Origin: a virus
Lineage: Duplodnaviria; Caudoviricetes
Length of the DNA stretch: 64,000 nt
Strand: one strand, 5' to 3'
IMG/VR virus record: IMGVR_UViG_2561511114_000002
Span: 18,294-82,293 of that record
A program made the translations under genes and the position numbers. The notes under the pieces are model-generated. The model was not told the DNA's origin and did no database searches. It saw nothing but the letters and a program-made list of their open reading frames with translations. This document shows positions 59,771 to 64,000 of the stretch, piece by piece. Each line of letters begins with the position of its first letter. The stretch's first letter is position 1.

Positions 59771-60385
59771 ATGGACATCGAGAGCGTCCGCGAGATCCCA
59801 CTGCCACCCCACACGTCCGCAGCACTCCTGGCTGCGCGGGACATCACCACTGGTGAGCCCCTTGAGCGGGTCGTTGTGTGGGCGGACCGCCCACATGACA
59901 GGTGCCCGCAGTGCGGCCAGCCAGTTCCCGTCGACCCCGACGTGCCAGTGATCTTGAATGCTGGGGCGGGGCAAGGCGGCCAGATCATGGAGGTTTCGCA
60001 GCAACACGGCTGCGGGTACTGGCTCAGCGTCGACTGGACGGAGGTCACCCGGCGTGGTGCAGATCCCACGGACGCCGACATTGCCGACGCCGCCGCCGAG
60101 CTAACGCACAGGCGACAGCAGGCCATCGCCGAGGCTCGCCAGGAGATTGAGGCTCGGCTGCGTCGGGACCTGGCAGCCGCGTTGGCGCGGCTCGCCGAAC
60201 CTCTAGACGCTGGCGAGACCGCAGAGGACCGTGAGGACGAGGTCACCAACGGCGACGAACTCACGCCCGGCGTGTGCTACGACGGCACTGAGTGGATCGC
60301 GTGGGATTGCCCACCCGTCGCGGACGGCCACGACGAGACCGTCGTCGTGGCCGCCAGCGACCTCGCGCAGGCGACCCATGTCTGA
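59771..60385 (+). CDS. Acidic hypothetical protein with CxxC/HxC motif
   Basis: GAGGAG RBS directly after the operators. Confidence 0.75.
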   Translation: MDIESVREIPLPPHTSAALLAARDITTGEPLERVVVWADRPHDRCPQCGQPVPVDPDVPVILNAGAGQGGQIMEVSQQHGCGYWLSVDWTEVTRRGADPTDADIADAAAELTHRRQQAIAEARQEIEARLRRDLAAALARLAEPLDAGETAEDREDEVTNGDELTPGVCYDGTEWIAWDCPPVADGHDETVVVAASDLAQATHV

Positions 60386-60830
60386 TCTCTACCAGGCCAT
60401 AACCGCGCAGATCCGCGACGAAGTCGGAGAGGTCGCGCTGGCGCTAGAGGCACTGATCGGCCCGGACTGCCCGCGGATCTCCGAGCGTGTGCAGGACCAG
60501 GCGTCAACGTGGGCGGCGCAACTCCTCGACGAGGAGGACGACCGCATAGCCGCGCAAACGGTGATTGACCTGATGAACGTGCTACCCCCACCAACGACCG
60601 ACTGGTGGGGCACCCCACTCGGCCAGGCCGTAGCCCGCTCCGTCGGGCACCCTGACGCCGACCACGTGTCCTACAGCGTGGCGGGCGCGATGCTCGGGGT
60701 CAGCAAACAGGCAGCTGCCAAGATGATCGGGACTGGCCGCCTGAGCAGAGGACCGGACGGCGGTGTCACCACCGCCTCCATCCAGCAACTACTGAGGCAG
60801 CGCGAGTCGAACGGCAGCGGGCCGAGGTAA
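60378..60830 (+). CDS. Protein with C-terminal HTH (probable autoregulator)
   Basis: WWGTPLG motif; VSYSVAGAMLGVSKQAAAKMIGTGRL. Confidence 0.72.
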   Translation: MSDLYQAITAQIRDEVGEVALALEALIGPDCPRISERVQDQASTWAAQLLDEEDDRIAAQTVIDLMNVLPPPTTDWWGTPLGQAVARSVGHPDADHVSYSVAGAMLGVSKQAAAKMIGTGRLSRGPDGGVTTASIQQLLRQRESNGSGPR

Positions 60831-60831
60831 C

Positions 60832-60882
60832 ACACGACGCGCCCCGCCTGGCCTCATGGCCGGGCGGGGCGCTGTCGCGTGT
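60832..60882. repeat. Hairpin family copy B / bidirectional terminator
   Basis: GCGCCCCGCCTGGCCTCATGGCCGGGCGGGGCGC between convergent genes. Confidence 0.75.
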
Positions 60883-60892
60883 GCGGGGTCAG

Positions 60893-62167
60893 TCATCGCC
60901 GCGTGTCGACTCGGCTCACCGGTCGGGGACGGTCGCCCGGCGCGTTGCGGGGGCGCCCCGCCTCCCTCGCATCGATCACCGCAGCGTCGAAAGCCGGATC
61001 AGTCTTACGCGCGTTGGACAGTGCGTCGTACGACCATCCCGTCGCAGCGACAGCGTCGATGATCGTGCGGCCAGCGCGCAGGAGCGCCAGGACCGCTTCA
61101 CGGTCCTCGGCGCCGAACCGGCGGGCCGGCGCGGCGTACTGACGGGACGGGGCACCCTGGATAGCGGCCGAATGTGCCTGCGTGCAGGTGTCCTCGCGGC
61201 AGCCGAGAGCATATCCGCGTGCGCCGCAGTCTCCGGGGCAGCGGAGCTGACGCACTGGACGCAGTGGAGGCGTGAGTCCGCCCTCCTGGGCGGCTTGGAC
61301 CAGCGCGGCGTCGTACTCGGGGTGGCTGCGGCGTACGCCACCCAGCCGGTGCGGGCTGATCCCGGCCGTCTCGCACGCCGCTGTGAGTGAGGTGCCGCCG
61401 CGCACGGCGGTCAGGACTTGCTGGAGGATAGCCTCGTCGATGGGTGTGCGGGGTTGTGCCCCGGCCGCTTCACGGCGGGCCGCGCTGTAGGGCGCGACCG
61501 TCGCATTGCACGGTTCCTTGCGGCAGCCGTATTTGTAGCCCTGGTAACGGCCGCAGTGAGGGCCGGGGCAGGTCCACCGCTCCCGGGCCTCACTGGCGTC
61601 CTGGGTTGCGCGCTGCACGTGATAGTGGACGGCCTGGGGGGTCACGTCGAGGGCGCGGCCGATGGCCGCCAGTGTCCATCCAGCATCGCGCGCTGCGCGA
61701 AGGGCGCTCGCAAATTCGGGGCCGCGCTCACCGTGCAGATCCCTCAGTCTGACTGCAAGATCGTCGGGTAGATCCCGCTGGCGGTCGGCGCGCAGCCACG
61801 CCAGGGCGCGCTCCTGGTGGTAGTAGGCAGCGGTCGGCCCGGACTCACTCTGCACATAGCCGGCTGGCTGGAACATCTCAGGATGCGCCCTGATGTGCGC
61901 GTGGACGCCACTCACGTGCCGGCCGAGCTGCGCGGCCAGCATCTGGGCGGTGGCCATACCGTCGGGGACGGTATCGGTGCCCGCGCCCCCGTCCACGCCG
62001 CGCCGCGCCCATGCGGCGTCGACCTCGGTGAGGCGATACCGCGCGGGCCGGCGGTCGCTTTCTGCCCGGATGTCGGAGCGCCCCCTCAACCACCCGTAGA
62101 GGTAGGACTGATGCACGCCGTAGCGTGCGGCAAGCTCCGGCACGGTGGCGGTGCGTTCTGTGGTCAC
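60893..62167 (-). CDS. Multi-HTH protein with two Cys4-HTH modules
   Basis: At least four HTH-like segments; CPG..CG..GY..GCR...C twice. Confidence 0.72.
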   Translation of the reverse strand: MTTERTATVPELAARYGVHQSYLYGWLRGRSDIRAESDRRPARYRLTEVDAAWARRGVDGGAGTDTVPDGMATAQMLAAQLGRHVSGVHAHIRAHPEMFQPAGYVQSESGPTAAYYHQERALAWLRADRQRDLPDDLAVRLRDLHGERGPEFASALRAARDAGWTLAAIGRALDVTPQAVHYHVQRATQDASEARERWTCPGPHCGRYQGYKYGCRKEPCNATVAPYSAARREAAGAQPRTPIDEAILQQVLTAVRGGTSLTAACETAGISPHRLGGVRRSHPEYDAALVQAAQEGGLTPPLRPVRQLRCPGDCGARGYALGCREDTCTQAHSAAIQGAPSRQYAAPARRFGAEDREAVLALLRAGRTIIDAVAATGWSYDALSNARKTDPAFDAAVIDAREAGRPRNAPGDRPRPVSRVDTRR

Positions 62168-62340
62168 TGGTCCTTCTTCGCGTACTCGGCGAGCAGGCGG
62201 GTTACGACAGCGGCGAACCGCTCGCCGCGATCATCGGCGGCTTTCCGGGCGGCCTCCTGGACGGCTTTCGGGACACGAATGTTCAGGGGCGGGGTTGTTC
62301 CGGTGGTCTTCGGTCGACCACGGCGCTTCGGCTCAGGCAT
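62164..62340 (-). CDS. Ribbon-helix-helix protein (58 aa; not in the ORF track)
   Basis: MPEPKRRGRPKTTGTTPPLNIRVPKAVQEAARKAADDRGERFAAVVTRLLAEYAKKDQ; GGGAGG RBS. Confidence 0.72.
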   Translation of the reverse strand: MPEPKRRGRPKTTGTTPPLNIRVPKAVQEAARKAADDRGERFAAVVTRLLAEYAKKDQ

Positions 62341-62735
62341 CAGTACTGGTCACCCTCCCGGCGGATTGCCCGCTCGTCGTAGCCGGCACGCACGTAGGTG
62401 ATCCACTCGGCGGGGATCTCGTCTCGGATGGCGGGGTAGCCCTCGGCGACGGTGGTCATCACGTCGTCGTGCACGTCGGCGGGAACATCGACGCGGAGCA
62501 AATGAAACGCCTGGTGCTCGTACCAGAGCCAGTCTGCCTCGACGCGTCCCCGTGGCGTGTCCGCAAAGAGGCAGACCACGTCGCCGTCAAACCCGTCGGG
62601 GGCGTCGTCGCCCCACTTCCACGCGGGCGCGATCCCCTCACGCTCCAAGAGGTTGCGGCAGGCCAGTGGACCGCCGTTGTAGCTGGCGTCGGCGATGTGC
62701 CAGTAGGCAACGGTGGCGGCGGTCGTCTGCGTCAT
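62340..62735 (-). CDS. Acidic protein, possible ADP-ribosyltransferase-like fold
   Basis: YWH...VVCLF...LLRVDVP...IPAEWI strand pattern. Confidence 0.55.
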   Translation of the reverse strand: MTQTTAATVAYWHIADASYNGGPLACRNLLEREGIAPAWKWGDDAPDGFDGDVVCLFADTPRGRVEADWLWYEHQAFHLLRVDVPADVHDDVMTTVAEGYPAIRDEIPAEWITYVRAGYDERAIRREGDQY

Positions 62736-62740
62736 GGAAT

Positions 62741-62778
62741 TAGTGTACGACACAAACTCTAATAGTGCACGACACAAA
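62741..62778 (-). promoter_or_regulatory. Promoter with two 16-bp direct-repeat operators; probably leaderless
   Basis: TAGTG(T/C)ACGACACAAA twice; TACACT -10 lies 6 nt before the ATG. Confidence 0.65.
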
Positions 62779-62821
62779 TGCACCCCAATATGGATTCACC
62801 TCGCGCACCTAACGGCCTGTA

Positions 62822-62897
62822 GACGACAAGCGCCCGACCGGCCTCACGGCTGGTCGGGGCGCTTCTGAATGCGTCAGCCGTGAGGCCGGTTGTCGTG
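62822..62897. repeat. Hairpin family copy C plus an inverted partial copy
   Basis: CGCCCGACCGGCCTCACGGCTGGTCGGGGCG then CAGCCGTGAGGCCGGTTGTCGT. Confidence 0.65.
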
Positions 62898-62904
62898 TGC
62901 CGGG

Positions 62905-63321
62905 CTACCCGTGGTCGGCCGGCGCCGGATATTCGATCCGCAGACCCGACACCTCCTGGGCGATGCGGGCGACCACGGCCCGATGCCACGACGCCGGGAA
63001 CTCGACCTCCGGATGCGCTGCGTGATACTCGTCATCCGAGCGATACACCAACACGACCGGATCCGGTACATCCATCAGCTTCTCAACGAGAGCGCCCACG
63101 AACTCGGCAGTGCGCTGCTCCAGGTCCTCCATGGCTAGCCGCACCCCGTCGGGAATCGGGTACTTCCCCTGCTCCCAGTGGCGCACGGTACGCGAGCTGA
63201 CGCCTAGGTGCGCGGCGAGCCAATCGCCAGTGACGCCAAGGAACTCGCGGGCCACCCGGAACTCGGCGTCGGTCATCCGCTCGTCGTCGGGCATCCCGGG
63301 CGGGTCGGTGTAGTCGGTCAT
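62905..63321 (-). CDS. Aca2/YdiL (DUF1870)-like HTH protein
   Basis: MTDAEFRVAREFLGVT...LGVSSRTVRHWEQGKYPIPDGV...WHRAVVARI. Confidence 0.75.
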   Translation of the reverse strand: MTDYTDPPGMPDDERMTDAEFRVAREFLGVTGDWLAAHLGVSSRTVRHWEQGKYPIPDGVRLAMEDLEQRTAEFVGALVEKLMDVPDPVVLVYRSDDEYHAAHPEVEFPASWHRAVVARIAQEVSGLRIEYPAPADHG

Positions 63322-63392
63322 GTGCGGCTCCGCAGGATGAGACGACGCCCGCGCGGCCCCGACGTCGTGGGCCACGCGGGCGTCAACAGTGA

Positions 63393-63713
63393 TCAGATCG
63401 TCGTGTCGTGACGGTTCGCGATCTCGTCGAGATCGATTCCGTCCACAATCGCCTTGAGGTCCAGGTACCCCTTCTCGTCGGTGGGGTAGCCGCCGAAGTC
63501 CTGGTCGGCGTCGAGGTGGGGGCCGATGAACTCGTCTCCGGCCAGGGTCACGCTGTCGGGCAGCGCCCGATTGATCGCGGCCCGGTAATCGGCGACAACA
63601 CCGTCGAAGTCAAAGTCATCGACGAAGTCGCCGAGGTAGTCGGCGACGGACTGCTCCACGCTGAGGGAAAGGGACTCGATCCGGTTCCAGGTGCCGTAAG
63701 AGGTTGTGATCAT
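63393..63713 (-). CDS. Small highly acidic protein, candidate anti-CRISPR/anti-defence
   Basis: 106 aa, Asp/Glu-rich; GGAAGGA RBS; upstream of the aca2-like gene. Confidence 0.7.
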   Translation of the reverse strand: MITTSYGTWNRIESLSLSVEQSVADYLGDFVDDFDFDGVVADYRAAINRALPDSVTLAGDEFIGPHLDADQDFGGYPTDEKGYLDLKAIVDGIDLDEIANRHDTTI

Positions 63714-63764
63714 GGCCGGTTCCTTCCGGTGAGGTCTGGGGCTGTTCCCCTGACCGATGAGACC

Positions 63765-63793
63765 ATCGTAGCTTCCTATTTTAGGAAGCGCAA
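63765..63793 (-). promoter_or_regulatory. Sigma70-type promoter with a palindromic operator in the spacer
   Basis: TTGCGC-17-TACGAT; GCTTCCTA-ttt-TAGGAAGC at 63771-63789. Confidence 0.8.
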
Positions 63794-63799
63794 GGGTGA

Positions 63800-64000
63800 T
63801 CACGCTTCGTCGCGTCCAGAAACTATCTCGTTGAGCTCCATTAGGTCCGCGTACAGCTCCGCGAACTGCTCCGCGGGAAGCAATTCAGGCTCATCCATCC
63901 TCCGGGTCTCGATGATGCCGGGCCAGTGTCGGTTGACCGGGTCGGTGCCACGGCGTAGCCAGAGGGTCGTGCCGTCGGCGGCTGTCGCAGTCTCGATGAC
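63800..64000 (-). CDS. 3' end of a gene entering from the right edge
   Basis: Frame open from 64000 to TGA at 63800. Confidence 0.45.
   Translation of the reverse strand, partial: VIETATAADGTTLWLRRGTDPVNRHWPGIIETRRMDEPELLPAEQFAELYADLMELNEIVSGRDEA

Noticed and set aside
1-64000. CRISPR array or cas genes
   Set aside because: No regularly spaced repeat-spacer series; the repeats seen are operators, iteron-like arrays or hairpins
1-64000. Integrase/recombinase or transposase
   Set aside because: No tyrosine or serine recombinase or DDE motifs recognised in any ORF; probably outside the window or absent

Overview
High-GC actinobacterial DNA (probably Micromonosporaceae-like, by inference from GC content and gene style only) that is entirely mobile-element derived. 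1-31.4 kb (+ strand) is a siphovirus prophage arm: the end of a replication gene, DnaB, Dam-type and C5 methyltransferases, a putative terS, terL, portal, MuF, protease/scaffold, capsid, head-tail genes, a tail assembly chaperone with a -1 frameshift, tape measure, baseplate/fibre genes and lysis genes. 31.6-34.3 kb holds two divergent secreted cargo genes (NucA/NucB-type DNase and a ricin-lectin protein with a pore-former-like N-terminus). 34.6-54.3 kb resembles an actinomycete conjugative plasmid/AICE: a TraB-like FtsK translocase, a membrane-anchored GIY-YIG nuclease, Spd-like membrane proteins, many small early genes, a GntR repressor divergent from a Cro-like gene, and a second, apparently chimeric replication protein. 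54.3-64 kb is an accessory region with a PIN toxin-antitoxin pair, a two-gene candidate defence system and several autoregulated cargo+regulator cassettes, one of which looks like an anti-CRISPR/aca2-type operon. No integrase, CRISPR array, rRNA or convincing tRNA is visible. All family assignments come from recalled motifs and synteny, not database searches.
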